In this document: positions 9,363-18,981 of the stretch, in pieces | Layout: each line of letters opens with the position of its first letter | Position numbering within the stretch: position 1 is the first letter of the stretch | IMG/VR virus record: IMGVR_UViG_3300029922_000018 | Strand: one strand, 5' to 3' | From: an uncultured virus (IMG/VR IMGVR_UViG_3300029922_000018) | Taxonomy: Duplodnaviria > Heunggongvirae > Uroviricota > Caudoviricetes | DNA: 64,000 nucleotides | The notes under the pieces: generated by a model | Databases searched by the model: none | Told to the model about the DNA's origin: nothing | The model's input: the letters and a program-made list of their open reading frames with translations, nothing else | Program-made: the position numbers and the translations under genes

Positions 9363-10760
9363 TTATTCTCCATCTCCGCCATGTAACTTTTTAAATTTTT
9401 TACGAGCACTATCCTTCATCATTTCGTTCTTACCTTTAATTTTATTGGAAACTGCAATACCCTCAACCGACGAGGCAGAAAACATTTCAAGTTTCCCACA
9501 GTCGGCATTAAAATTACAGGGGAAGTCCATTCCATCATTCCCAAATCTGTTTTTTATAATATGCATCATCGCCGTTCCAGTGGTCTTATTTTCATTGGTT
9601 CTCGCCATGGACGCAACGAAATCACCAGTCATTAATTTTTTATAAGACTCGGAAACGTCATCTCCTTCAATAATATCATTCTGTGCCGCACCACGGTTTG
9701 CTTGTGATACTGTCCAAATTGGAATTTGTAATACACCCGCAACCGACCTAAGTTCTTCATATACCGACCCCATATCTGAATAAGAATTTGAATTTTTATT
9801 GGTTGTTAGTGGTTTTAACAAATCGGCATAATCTACTATCATCATATCAATTTTCTTACCAGTTATCAATTGAATATGTTCGGTATGTGCCTTTAAAGTC
9901 TCGGCAGAAATAGTTTTTAAAGGAAAATATTTTACATATAATGTTCCGGCTCCTTCCGATTTTAATTTCCCAATAGTAAGTTTAACTTTGTCCATGTTAC
10001 TTTTCAATTCTCTAAATTGAATTCCAGTTAGATAAGAGTCATATCTAAACTCAGTATATTTAGCATTCAACTCCATAGTAAAATGGAGGACGTTCTTACC
10101 CTGTTTAAGTGCTTCTGCTCCAAATCCTTGGAGCAACCAACTCTTGCCGCCGCCTGGACTACCACAAAAAAACCCCAATTCTCCCTTACCTAATCCACCG
10201 TCAAGCAACTTGTCCAATTCCGGTAGATTTGTCCGTATAACGTCTCGGACTGCCTCGGAATATCGACTATCAATATTTTCCAAATAATTATCCCCAATGT
10301 CCCTGTCCATTCCGGCTTTTAGAGCATCATCAAATTTAGCCTTGATACCGTCGAAGTTCTTACTCTTTAATAAATCAATCGACTCGGAAATTGCGGCCTT
10401 TATTTTTTGATGTTTGCAAAATTCTAAAAACGTGTTTTTAACATATGTTAAATCGCTGGCGGTTATCTCTTTAAATGATTTTATCGATTGTGATTGTATT
10501 GCGGCTTGCAAGACCTCATCTGATAATTTTCCAGTTTCCACGCCAATAACAGTCATAGAAATTAAGTCTTTATACTGTATAAAATATTCAGTTGATTTTT
10601 TAATCAACCATTTTTGGGCATCTTGTTCAAAAAAATCAGGAGAAAGAATATCATATATTCGTTCTAAAAATGCTCTATCTGATAATAATGCCGCTATTGC
10701 TTTTGTTTGGAATTCTTTGCCGAAGCTCTGTAACGTATCTGTCTTTGTTTCTTCATTCAT
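9363..10760 (-). CDS. dnaB: Replicative DNA helicase (DnaB/T4 gp41-like)
   Basis: Walker A GSPGGGKS, FTMEL, IVDYADL, SQANR, IIKNRFG. Confidence 0.92.
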   Translation of the reverse strand: MNEETKTDTLQSFGKEFQTKAIAALLSDRAFLERIYDILSPDFFEQDAQKWLIKKSTEYFIQYKDLISMTVIGVETGKLSDEVLQAAIQSQSIKSFKEITASDLTYVKNTFLEFCKHQKIKAAISESIDLLKSKNFDGIKAKFDDALKAGMDRDIGDNYLENIDSRYSEAVRDVIRTNLPELDKLLDGGLGKGELGFFCGSPGGGKSWLLQGFGAEALKQGKNVLHFTMELNAKYTEFRYDSYLTGIQFRELKSNMDKVKLTIGKLKSEGAGTLYVKYFPLKTISAETLKAHTEHIQLITGKKIDMMIVDYADLLKPLTTNKNSNSYSDMGSVYEELRSVAGVLQIPIWTVSQANRGAAQNDIIEGDDVSESYKKLMTGDFVASMARTNENKTTGTAMMHIIKNRFGNDGMDFPCNFNADCGKLEMFSASSVEGIAVSNKIKGKNEMMKDSARKKFKKLHGGDGE

Positions 10761-10934
10761 AATTATGTCGCACATTGTATAGTAGAAATAAGTATCGTTC
10801 AACTTTTTTTAACTAGAACATTGTTAATAAATTTTTTAAAATATAATAAGTTGATTTTTTATTCTGGATGATATATATTAACTGTGTTGGTAATAATGCC
10901 AACATTAAAAGTCTCCGAATGGAGCAAACATAAA

Positions 10935-11840
10935 ATGAAAAATAATAACTACGAAGTTGATATTCTTGTCAGCGATAAACCAATCAAGAAATATTCCCAC
11001 CAAGGCAAAACCTACATCGAAGCAAAGGCTGGAGCTTCCTATACCATCCGAATTAAAAATAATTCATGGAATAGAATTCTTGCAGCCGCATCCGTTGATA
11101 GTTTGAGTGTAATCAGCGGAAAACATGAAGAAGTAAGCTCAAGTCCGGGATATGTAATTAATGGATATAACTCAACTAAAATAGATGGATTCAGGATTTC
11201 CGATGAATCAGTTGCAGAGTTTAAATTTGATTATAAAAAAGACTCGTATGCAGCTTCTAAACAAGATAATAGTGACCAAAATGTCGGAGTAATTGGTGTC
11301 CGGATTTTTAATGAGAAAATTAAGCCGACGCCAGTGGCAACCGAAATTCATAACCATTATCATCATGTTGATTGGAATACATATATTCCATATCCACAGA
11401 CGCCAACCTATCCATATCACACTCATCTTCTTATTTGGGGAAGTGATGGAATAATAACGACATTAGGAAATACTTCTACAAATTACAATGGAACATTAAC
11501 ATCGAACGGAACCACTGGACATGGGGAAGTATTTAATTGTTGTCTGAATAATTCAAGTGGTCATTTGGGAGGTGAGATTGTCGCTAATAACTTATCAGTC
11601 AACAGTCCACTAAGAGGATTTGATTTAGGAACTTCTATGGGTAAATCACAGACAAGTAAAGTAGTTGAAGTAGACTTTGAAAGGGGATTATTGGTTGATA
11701 GTATTAATATCTACTATGCTTCTCGTGAGAGTTTATTGGAAATGGGCGTTCCACTAACAAATGATAAGCAAATTAATTTCCCAGAGCCTTTTAAAGACGA
11801 GGGAAAGTATTGTGTTCCACCTAAGAATTGGAAGAAATAG
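10935..11840 (+). CDS. Conserved hypothetical protein (beta-rich)
   Basis: Long ORF with GGAG upstream; YTIRIKN, SVDSLSVISG, GVIGVRIF. Confidence 0.7.
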   Translation: MKNNNYEVDILVSDKPIKKYSHQGKTYIEAKAGASYTIRIKNNSWNRILAAASVDSLSVISGKHEEVSSSPGYVINGYNSTKIDGFRISDESVAEFKFDYKKDSYAASKQDNSDQNVGVIGVRIFNEKIKPTPVATEIHNHYHHVDWNTYIPYPQTPTYPYHTHLLIWGSDGIITTLGNTSTNYNGTLTSNGTTGHGEVFNCCLNNSSGHLGGEIVANNLSVNSPLRGFDLGTSMGKSQTSKVVEVDFERGLLVDSINIYYASRESLLEMGVPLTNDKQINFPEPFKDEGKYCVPPKNWKK

Positions 11841-12198
11841 GTTTAATATTACAAACAATATTATTAATCGTAGAAGACTTCTCATCAATCGAGAAGTCTT
11901 TTATGTATCCAGTATCTTTAAATTTTTGAAGGTATTTCTTTGCAAAATTTATTTCTTCTTCAAGTGTAGTATCAAATACATAACGTCTGCCGATTAAACT
12001 CATTTCATTTGAAATCTTATCTAGTAAATTTTTAACGCTGGTCATATCTACCTCATAAACATCCGATAATATAGCTGTATCATTTCTATGTTTTTTATTT
12101 GCTATTTTTAAGGCATTCTCTTTTGTTTGTGCAGTAACAATTTCTTCCCACCCACACCCCGGACGGTCTACAAATACTTTATATTTTTTATTTTTCAT
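11821..12198 (-). CDS. Hypothetical protein
   Basis: ORF with ATG start in co-directional run. Confidence 0.5.
   Translation of the reverse strand: MKNKKYKVFVDRPGCGWEEIVTAQTKENALKIANKKHRNDTAILSDVYEVDMTSVKNLLDKISNEMSLIGRRYVFDTTLEEEINFAKKYLQKFKDTGYIKDFSIDEKSSTINNIVCNIKPISSNS
11872..11902 (+). terminator. Probable terminator hairpin
   Basis: AGACTTCTC-7 nt-GAGAAGTCT then TTT. Confidence 0.55.
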
Positions 12199-12344
12199 AT
12201 TAATCTAACTTCATAGATTTATTTTTACATCTATCTGGAACTTTCATGATATCCTCTACGAAATTTCTACGTCTCTTTTTAGGTAGCACATATTTAGCTT
12301 TCAAGTGCCAGTCAATTATTCCATTAGGTCTTTTAATCATAAAT

Positions 12345-13433
12345 TTAATTTCCTTCTCTGACTACATTATTCAAATAATCAAAACACTGACCACACCAAT
12401 TCACATAATCCGGCATATTATTAGCTAATTTATCATTCCTAATTAATTTATAAAATGCATTTCTATCAAGTCTTGGAATTTTATTTTCGGCTAATATTTC
12501 TTGAAGATGTAATTGAGCAGTAACTCCCAATGAGGTATCTTTTAATTGCATTAAAGCATAGTTTCTTTCTATTATAGATTTACCACTTGCTATATTTTCA
12601 CACACGACATATTTGTTTCTCATGTCGGTTGCGTGAGTGATAATCTCTTCTATCGTATGAACTTTTTCTTCTTTGAGATATGGAAAATGCTTACAGACTG
12701 TTTTTAATCCGGCTCGCTCTATCCCATTAATATTATCTGACTTATCTCCGTCCATACTCCTGAATAATACATAGTTATTTGGATGAATGTTATATTCGGC
12801 CAATACTTGAGATACGCCATATATTTGTTTCTTGGTAGCTGAATATACTTGGACTCGATTATCAACCAATTGAAGGAAGTCTCGGTCACTTGAGAATATA
12901 GTTACTTTTTTAGATGATTTAAAATAATCAGTTGCGAGATAACTAATAACATCATCTGCTTCTACATAATTTTGACTTACAATATTAACTGGCAAAACCT
13001 GTAGATAATTTATAAATTGAAGATATTGATGCTGTTTATTTTCATCTTCTCCTTGTGGAGTTGAATTCTCTTCATATATTCTATTAAGACGTATTTTATT
13101 AGCTGAATGTGCTTTATAATCTGGATATATACTCTTTCTTTTTTTACTGCCGCCAATTCCATCGAATACCATTATTACTCGTGAGACATTTAGCATTTTT
13201 ATAACACTGCCCAAAGACTTTAACGCATATACTACTCCTCCGGAACTCTCTCCGTTTCCATTCATCGATACAGATGCACAAAATCCTCTTAAAAATAGAT
13301 TATTCCCGTCTACTATTAATATATGACTATTAGTTTTATCTTTCCAGTTTAAATGAGAGTCACTCATTTCTTTTTTTATATTGTTAAAAAAAGAAAACAG
13401 TTTCTTTTTATCTTCATTGTTGATGTCGTTCAT
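12345..13433 (-). CDS. 5'-3' exonuclease / T4 RNase H-like flap nuclease
   Basis: LIVDGNNL, VFDG, YPDYKA, EADDVI, SSDRDFLQL, GDKSDNING. Confidence 0.92.
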   Translation of the reverse strand: MNDINNEDKKKLFSFFNNIKKEMSDSHLNWKDKTNSHILIVDGNNLFLRGFCASVSMNGNGESSGGVVYALKSLGSVIKMLNVSRVIMVFDGIGGSKKRKSIYPDYKAHSANKIRLNRIYEENSTPQGEDENKQHQYLQFINYLQVLPVNIVSQNYVEADDVISYLATDYFKSSKKVTIFSSDRDFLQLVDNRVQVYSATKKQIYGVSQVLAEYNIHPNNYVLFRSMDGDKSDNINGIERAGLKTVCKHFPYLKEEKVHTIEEIITHATDMRNKYVVCENIASGKSIIERNYALMQLKDTSLGVTAQLHLQEILAENKIPRLDRNAFYKLIRNDKLANNMPDYVNWCGQCFDYLNNVVREGN

Positions 13434-14182
13434 ATTTCATAATCTATCAGTAATTCGGATTGTCTCCTGATATTAAACTCTCGAATAGGTTTCATGAGCA
13501 TATAAAATCTGTCATATGGAAGTGAGCGTTTAAGATAATTACACTGCCCACAGCATACTACACAATTATCTTTAGTATATGGCACGTCATTATCTTTTCT
13601 GTCTATGTTATAGACATGCCCTCGGCCAGTTCCATGTTTTAGCCAAATTACATCAGAATTACAGTAATGACAGTTATTTATTTTAGTATACTCCAAAAAC
13701 TCGTCGAAAGTAAGTTTACATTTCTTATTCCCCTTTTTATCGGTATAAGTTCTCCTTTGGATGGAATGATACAGATGTTGATATGGTTCAAGTGAAACTA
13801 CATCGTGGTGGTAACATCCACAACTATTTGTCCTTCCATGTATTAAACTTCTAGACAGCACCGGCAACGTTTCTCCGCAGTCACAATTACACTCCCACAT
13901 AACGTCTTTCTTCTTATTTGACTTTGAAGACCTATTTATGACTATCAATCTACCAAACCGTTTACCTGTTAAATCTATCAAGAAACGTTTACTAGTAGTT
14001 TCTTTCTGTATACATCCACAACTACGAGTGTTTTTCCGTAAACTAGAACCAGCAACTTTAACCACATTACCACAATCACATTGACAATTCCAACGTGAAT
14101 TTCTATTTTTATCGACGTGAGAAAAAGATACAACCAACAATTTTCCAAATTGCATGTTGGTTATATCTTTGATTTTTGCCAC
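13430..14182 (-). CDS. Free-standing HNH-type homing endonuclease
   Basis: Two FGxLxV...WxCxCDCG...SCGC repeats; CHYC..IDRKDN..YTKDNCVVCCGQCNYLK. Confidence 0.8.
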   Translation of the reverse strand: MAKIKDITNMQFGKLLVVSFSHVDKNRNSRWNCQCDCGNVVKVAGSSLRKNTRSCGCIQKETTSKRFLIDLTGKRFGRLIVINRSSKSNKKKDVMWECNCDCGETLPVLSRSLIHGRTNSCGCYHHDVVSLEPYQHLYHSIQRRTYTDKKGNKKCKLTFDEFLEYTKINNCHYCNSDVIWLKHGTGRGHVYNIDRKDNDVPYTKDNCVVCCGQCNYLKRSLPYDRFYMLMKPIREFNIRRQSELLIDYEI

Positions 14183-15348
14183 TATTCTAATGGAGCCGAA
14201 TTTTCTTCTTCTGTAACGGTTTCGGTGTCTTCGATGATTTTCGAAGACGCCTCACGATAACTCATAATCCACACCTTACAAATTTGCTGATAAAATTCTT
14301 CTTTAAGTTTTTCATCGGAATTCATCAACTCTACAAACTTCGCCGTGTTGAATTGTAATTCGTCGCCGCCCTCTCGCTTCCACGTATATTTAGCGGCTGT
14401 TCCGGTTATAATTCCACGAGTTTTCGCAAACTCAAGCCACGATGATAAATTCTGGATTCCAGAGTCATAGTGGATTTCAAATTCTGCCGACCTAAAGTTA
14501 GGTCCACATCTGGTCTTTATGACCGATGCCTTGGCATTCATTCCAATAATCTCATCCCCCTTCTTAATTTTCCCCATTCCTGCGAGGCGCAATCTTACAC
14601 TTGATGCGAATGGCAATGCCATTCCACATGGAGTTGTAAATTTTTCTTGGAAAGGACCTGCATTCAACACCGTTCTCAATTGATTTGTAAAAATAATACA
14701 AATTTTTTGTTGAGCAATCAATCCTGTAATTTTGCGAAGTGCTTTACCAAGAATTAACGATTTTGAAGTATTATACCCAGTTACTCCATGTTCACTTTCA
14801 ATTTCAGTCTCTACGCTTGCCCCTGCAATTGAGTCAACTAAAATAGTTAAAATTTTATCTTTATTGGCTTTTCTAAATTCGCCAATACAAATTTCAATCT
14901 TAGTAAATAGTTCTTCGAGAGTTACAAATGTATTATAATTAGCGGCTCCAACATTGACTCCAAATGATTTCCAGAATTCTCTATCAACGGCAAATTCGCT
15001 GTCAAAATATACTGCCAATCCACCTTTCTTTTGGGTTTCTCTAATTAAGTGAGCACAGATTAAACTTTTACCAGTTCCTTGTAATCCGGACATTTCCGAT
15101 ATTCGGCCTACTGGTATTCCTCCGTGTGGTCGGTTGCTAATTGCAAGATCAAGCAAATCGCTGCCAGTCGATACCCATTCTGTGATTTCGCTCGGATTGT
15201 CTTCGTCAAGGAAGAATGAAGATTTACTTCCATCCTTATTACTTTTATTTAATGCTTTTTGTAGTAATAAAGCTAAATCATCTCGTTCTACATTGGTTTC
15301 AACTTCGACGTGTTTGCTATTTGATTTTGTATTTTTTTCTTTTGCCAT
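14182..15348 (-). CDS. recA: RecA/UvsX recombinase
   Basis: GGIPVGRISE, GLQGTGKS, ILVDSIA, FTNQLR. Confidence 0.93.
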   Translation of the reverse strand: MAKEKNTKSNSKHVEVETNVERDDLALLLQKALNKSNKDGSKSSFFLDEDNPSEITEWVSTGSDLLDLAISNRPHGGIPVGRISEMSGLQGTGKSLICAHLIRETQKKGGLAVYFDSEFAVDREFWKSFGVNVGAANYNTFVTLEELFTKIEICIGEFRKANKDKILTILVDSIAGASVETEIESEHGVTGYNTSKSLILGKALRKITGLIAQQKICIIFTNQLRTVLNAGPFQEKFTTPCGMALPFASSVRLRLAGMGKIKKGDEIIGMNAKASVIKTRCGPNFRSAEFEIHYDSGIQNLSSWLEFAKTRGIITGTAAKYTWKREGGDELQFNTAKFVELMNSDEKLKEEFYQQICKVWIMSYREASSKIIEDTETVTEEENSAPLE

Positions 15349-15375
15349 AAATTATTATTGGTTAATTGTAGGATG

Positions 15376-15404
15376 ATTATATAGTAGATTTAAAATATAA
15401 TCAA
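15376..15404 (-). promoter_or_regulatory. sigma70-type promoter of recA
   Basis: TTGATT-17 nt-TATAAT. Confidence 0.65.
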
Positions 15405-15420
15405 TTTATTTTAATAAATA

Positions 15421-15454
15421 AAATGGGAAGACTATATTTCAAGTCTTCCCATTT
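15421..15454 (-). terminator. Terminator hairpin after SSB gene
   Basis: AAATGGGAAGACT-8 nt-AGTCTTCCCATTT inverted repeat. Confidence 0.8.
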
Positions 15455-15466
15455 AATGTCCGATTA

Positions 15467-16303
15467 TTATTTCTTGGCGAAGAAACGAGCAAACTCGTCC
15501 TCAACTTCGGCTGGAGTAGTTGGGGCTGGAGTTGACACTTCAGACTTTACCTTTGCGGTGGGTGTTAGAGCGTCTGCTGCCGCCGCCGCCTTTTCCTGCT
15601 CGACTTGAGAAGGATTTTCATCTTCTGGGTTTAACCATTTTTCCACGATGGCTTTCAATTCATCGTATGATTTCAACTGGAACACCGTTAAAATATCAAC
15701 CTGATTAAGAATTCCCCGCATAGCTTCCTTATCGGTAGTGGATACTGCCGGAGATTTCTTCAAGACCGGAGTTATTATAGTCTCCGGAAATTTTTCGCCG
15801 GTAGGACTTGTCTTGGCATCTTTCTTGAAGGTAATCTTGATATCATTACCATCCATGAGGGAAGTAATGTCGCCGCCGTCTTGACTGATAAGTTGGAGAA
15901 GTTGCTTGTGAACGAGTGGTCCGAAACCCCAGAAACGGACACCGAGGTTTTCTTCACCACGGACGATGATGGGAACGTAAATTCGGGTCTTGGCCGAATT
16001 TTTCTTTGCCCAATCCTTTTCCAATTGGTCGCCCGACTGGAAACATGCATCCACCATTTCTTGCATCGGGTCTTGTTTGCCGAATGTTGACGGAGCAAGA
16101 TAAGTCTTACCCGCAATTCCATAATAGAATTTCAATTCGGAGAATGGACTATCCTGTTCTACTCCGTTCGGAAAATATGGAACCATTCGGATTTGTGCGG
16201 TTCCCGGTTGCGGTTTCCAGAGTAATTTTGTGAATTCTACGCTCTTTTGTCCTGAGTCGTATTGTTGAAGTCTAGCCTTGAGTTTGTCAATATTAATTGC
16301 CAT
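15467..16303 (-). CDS. T4 gp32-like single-stranded DNA-binding protein
   Basis: LWKP..GTAQIRMVP, IIVRGEE..GVRFWGFG, acidic C-terminus EVEDEFARFF. Confidence 0.85.
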   Translation of the reverse strand: MAINIDKLKARLQQYDSGQKSVEFTKLLWKPQPGTAQIRMVPYFPNGVEQDSPFSELKFYYGIAGKTYLAPSTFGKQDPMQEMVDACFQSGDQLEKDWAKKNSAKTRIYVPIIVRGEENLGVRFWGFGPLVHKQLLQLISQDGGDITSLMDGNDIKITFKKDAKTSPTGEKFPETIITPVLKKSPAVSTTDKEAMRGILNQVDILTVFQLKSYDELKAIVEKWLNPEDENPSQVEQEKAAAAADALTPTAKVKSEVSTPAPTTPAEVEDEFARFFAKK

Positions 16304-16439
16304 AATTTTAATTTGTTAATTTTTTAAGTTTTTAATTATTTGTCAAAATCCGAAACTAACATGTTTCTTCTTTCAACATTTATAACTATCAACAGAATAA
16401 CAAAAAATTGAAAAATACTCAACTTTTTTTAAAATATTT

Positions 16440-16835
16440 TTAGATATGCTCTATCTTGACCAACTTTAATGGGATTATTTTGACTGATATTTCCCCGTTA
16501 ATTATAAGGCAATCCGTATACAAATTCCACTGAACTATATAGGTTTTGTCTAATACTCCACCATTCTCGTCTCGTATAAGCTGGTTTAGACTATTGATTG
16601 TATATAGTGTATTGTAATCCTTTTTTCGATGTATTAAAATCGTATTTGGGAGTTTTTCGATATTATTTACGATATTATAAGTTAGATAAACCTCAAGTGG
16701 ATTATTCACATTTGAAAATATAAAGATTTTATCATTGAAGTCGGTATATGTGTTCCGAATTAATTCTACAGTTTTGCCTATATCCCGAAATTTAGCGAAT
16801 GTGCATAACAATTGTCTATTATTCCATGATGCCAT
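16440..16835 (-). CDS. Conserved phage hypothetical protein
   Basis: QLLCTF, TYN, IHRKKDYNTLYTINSLN. Confidence 0.7.
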   Translation of the reverse strand: MASWNNRQLLCTFAKFRDIGKTVELIRNTYTDFNDKIFIFSNVNNPLEVYLTYNIVNNIEKLPNTILIHRKKDYNTLYTINSLNQLIRDENGGVLDKTYIVQWNLYTDCLIINGEISVKIIPLKLVKIEHI

Positions 16836-16850
16836 AATATTTTGTAAGTG

Positions 16851-17546
16851 TTAGGGTTTTACGTAATGAGTCAAGAATGTAACTGCTTCTCGAAGACCCA
16901 ATTCATCTGCCTTCGTATATAAAATCTTCAATTGGTTTTTACATCCCTCTGTTAGAGTTGGGGTTAAATTTGAGAGGGTGGTATTATCAGTATCAAAAAT
17001 TTGTTTAATATATTCTCTCTCCGCTGCCTTTATTTCCGGAGTTTTCTGGGGCGGCTGTATGGGAGTTGGTTCTGATGGTTGTGCTGGCATATTTCCAGCC
17101 GGCTCCACTTTTAAAGGTTGTTGAGGAGTAAATATATTTGATGTTTTTTCAGTTGGTTCCGGCTCTTGCTTTACTGGCGGGGCAGTTGTCGGCTCTCCGG
17201 TATTGACTATTGGCTTTTCAGTCGGTTCTTGTTGGGTATCTTTTTTAGGATTGGGGTCTTGGTCGGTATACTTACCAGGACTTTCTTTAAAGGCTTTAGC
17301 CTTATATTCTGCCGATGGCCAAGTTACTAATATTCCAGTGTCCTTTTGGAAAGCTTGTCGGTCTGGAAAATTCCCTTCCAACATCTTATTTGTAATCTCA
17401 CGAACATCTGTTTGGGGTATTCCGTGCTCAACTAAATAATCCCGCAGTGCGGACATGTGATTATTGTTTTCCATCCTAAAAATTCCATCCACAACACGCT
17501 CGTCTAGAGATACTTCGGATAATATTTGATTTATAACATCATTCAT
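16851..17546 (-). CDS. Hypothetical late protein with Pro/Thr-rich linker
   Basis: TATTTATA 6 nt upstream; N-terminal QILSE. Confidence 0.6.
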   Translation of the reverse strand: MNDVINQILSEVSLDERVVDGIFRMENNNHMSALRDYLVEHGIPQTDVREITNKMLEGNFPDRQAFQKDTGILVTWPSAEYKAKAFKESPGKYTDQDPNPKKDTQQEPTEKPIVNTGEPTTAPPVKQEPEPTEKTSNIFTPQQPLKVEPAGNMPAQPSEPTPIQPPQKTPEIKAAEREYIKQIFDTDNTTLSNLTPTLTEGCKNQLKILYTKADELGLREAVTFLTHYVKP

Positions 17547-17592
17547 ATATTATATAAATATATGAAAAAAATGCCAAACCAAGCAATATAAC

Positions 17593-18939
17593 TTAATATT
17601 TCAACTGCAATTCCCCATAGGAATTCCCCTCGTAGATTTTCATTGGAAACATATTGTCGAAACTCATTATTTTATAAATTTCATCGATAACATCATATCC
17701 ATCTGGCTTGTAAAAATCTATCAGAATTGAGTCGTAGGTATATAATACCGGCATGGTTTTCTTATCCCTCAAGTATATAAACACATCCTTCATCTTAGAT
17801 ATTGCAATCTCACCCTCAACACTTTGTAAAATGTAATTGAATATTTTTTCTGGATTGGGGTCTTGTATATGGAATGTAGTTATTTTTCTTTTAAACAAAG
17901 GAGTTTCCACGTAATTATTCTTCTTAAAAAATTCCCACTGTTCGTTTATATATCCCGACAAATTTTTAAAATATTTAATATGGGAATATTTTTCCTCAAT
18001 GCCGCCGAATAACTGGCGGAATGTAATTTTCTTTGCTTCTTTAATTTGTTCTAGTGTAGGCATTTCAATCTTAAAGTATAATTTCGCAAGATAAGTATAA
18101 ATATCAGTCCCTTCCGGTAGGAAATACTTTGTTAAATAGCAAATTATATTCGGAAAAAATGCAGTATAGTCAATTAATATCATAGAACCATCCGACCCAT
18201 ATCTGGATTTAAATGCATTTCTAGTTCCATCCGTAGTATTAATTGCTGCATAATTTATCCCGTCAAATGAGTTGGATGGTCTACCCGTAGAAGTTCTTAG
18301 ATTATATTTCGTATAAACAAAATTACCATGTTTGGGAGTCCTCCCATATTTTGCATTAAAAATAATTGGGTCTACATACATCCCATTTCTTTCCAACATG
18401 CTTAACGTCGGTATGATTATATTATTGGATGCCTCATATGCTGAGTCAAGTATACTTTTTTTAATTGTAGATTTAACATCGTCATACAATTCTTCAAATA
18501 CTTCCAAGTGCTTTAACAATGGAACGGAACCATTTAAATCTGAAAAATTTTGTCCTCTATTATATACAAACTCATGTGCCGAAGTTGAATATTCCCCAAC
18601 ATCAATCATCGAGTTGTCGTGTAAATATTTACACAAATTAATATCTTGTAAATTGCTACATGGAAACAACTGTAAAAATAATTTCTTGTCCACTACCCAT
18701 TTTATATTTTTTGAATTTTGTAAAAAATTTATGAATTTGGACTTAGTGATTTCATCTACGATTGAGTCTGGATGATTGAACGAGACCCAGTAAGTTTTTG
18801 ATTTGTGTTTTATAAATAATACACTTATTTTATTACGTGCCGGATGATTTTTTATATCTAGGGGAATTATATGCATAAACATGGAGTCTCCCCCAATGGC
18901 GGATATAAATCCATCTAAATCTTTCGAATTTTCAATCAT
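17593..18939 (-). CDS. Short family A DNA polymerase
   Basis: TSTGRPS, motif A LIDY, motif B KKITFRQLFG, NYILQS, motif C YTYDSIL. Confidence 0.85.
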   Translation of the reverse strand: MIENSKDLDGFISAIGGDSMFMHIIPLDIKNHPARNKISVLFIKHKSKTYWVSFNHPDSIVDEITKSKFINFLQNSKNIKWVVDKKLFLQLFPCSNLQDINLCKYLHDNSMIDVGEYSTSAHEFVYNRGQNFSDLNGSVPLLKHLEVFEELYDDVKSTIKKSILDSAYEASNNIIIPTLSMLERNGMYVDPIIFNAKYGRTPKHGNFVYTKYNLRTSTGRPSNSFDGINYAAINTTDGTRNAFKSRYGSDGSMILIDYTAFFPNIICYLTKYFLPEGTDIYTYLAKLYFKIEMPTLEQIKEAKKITFRQLFGGIEEKYSHIKYFKNLSGYINEQWEFFKKNNYVETPLFKRKITTFHIQDPNPEKIFNYILQSVEGEIAISKMKDVFIYLRDKKTMPVLYTYDSILIDFYKPDGYDVIDEIYKIMSFDNMFPMKIYEGNSYGELQLKY

Positions 18940-18981
18940 TTTCCCGATTATAACATATTATTATTCGAATATCAAGTAGTT

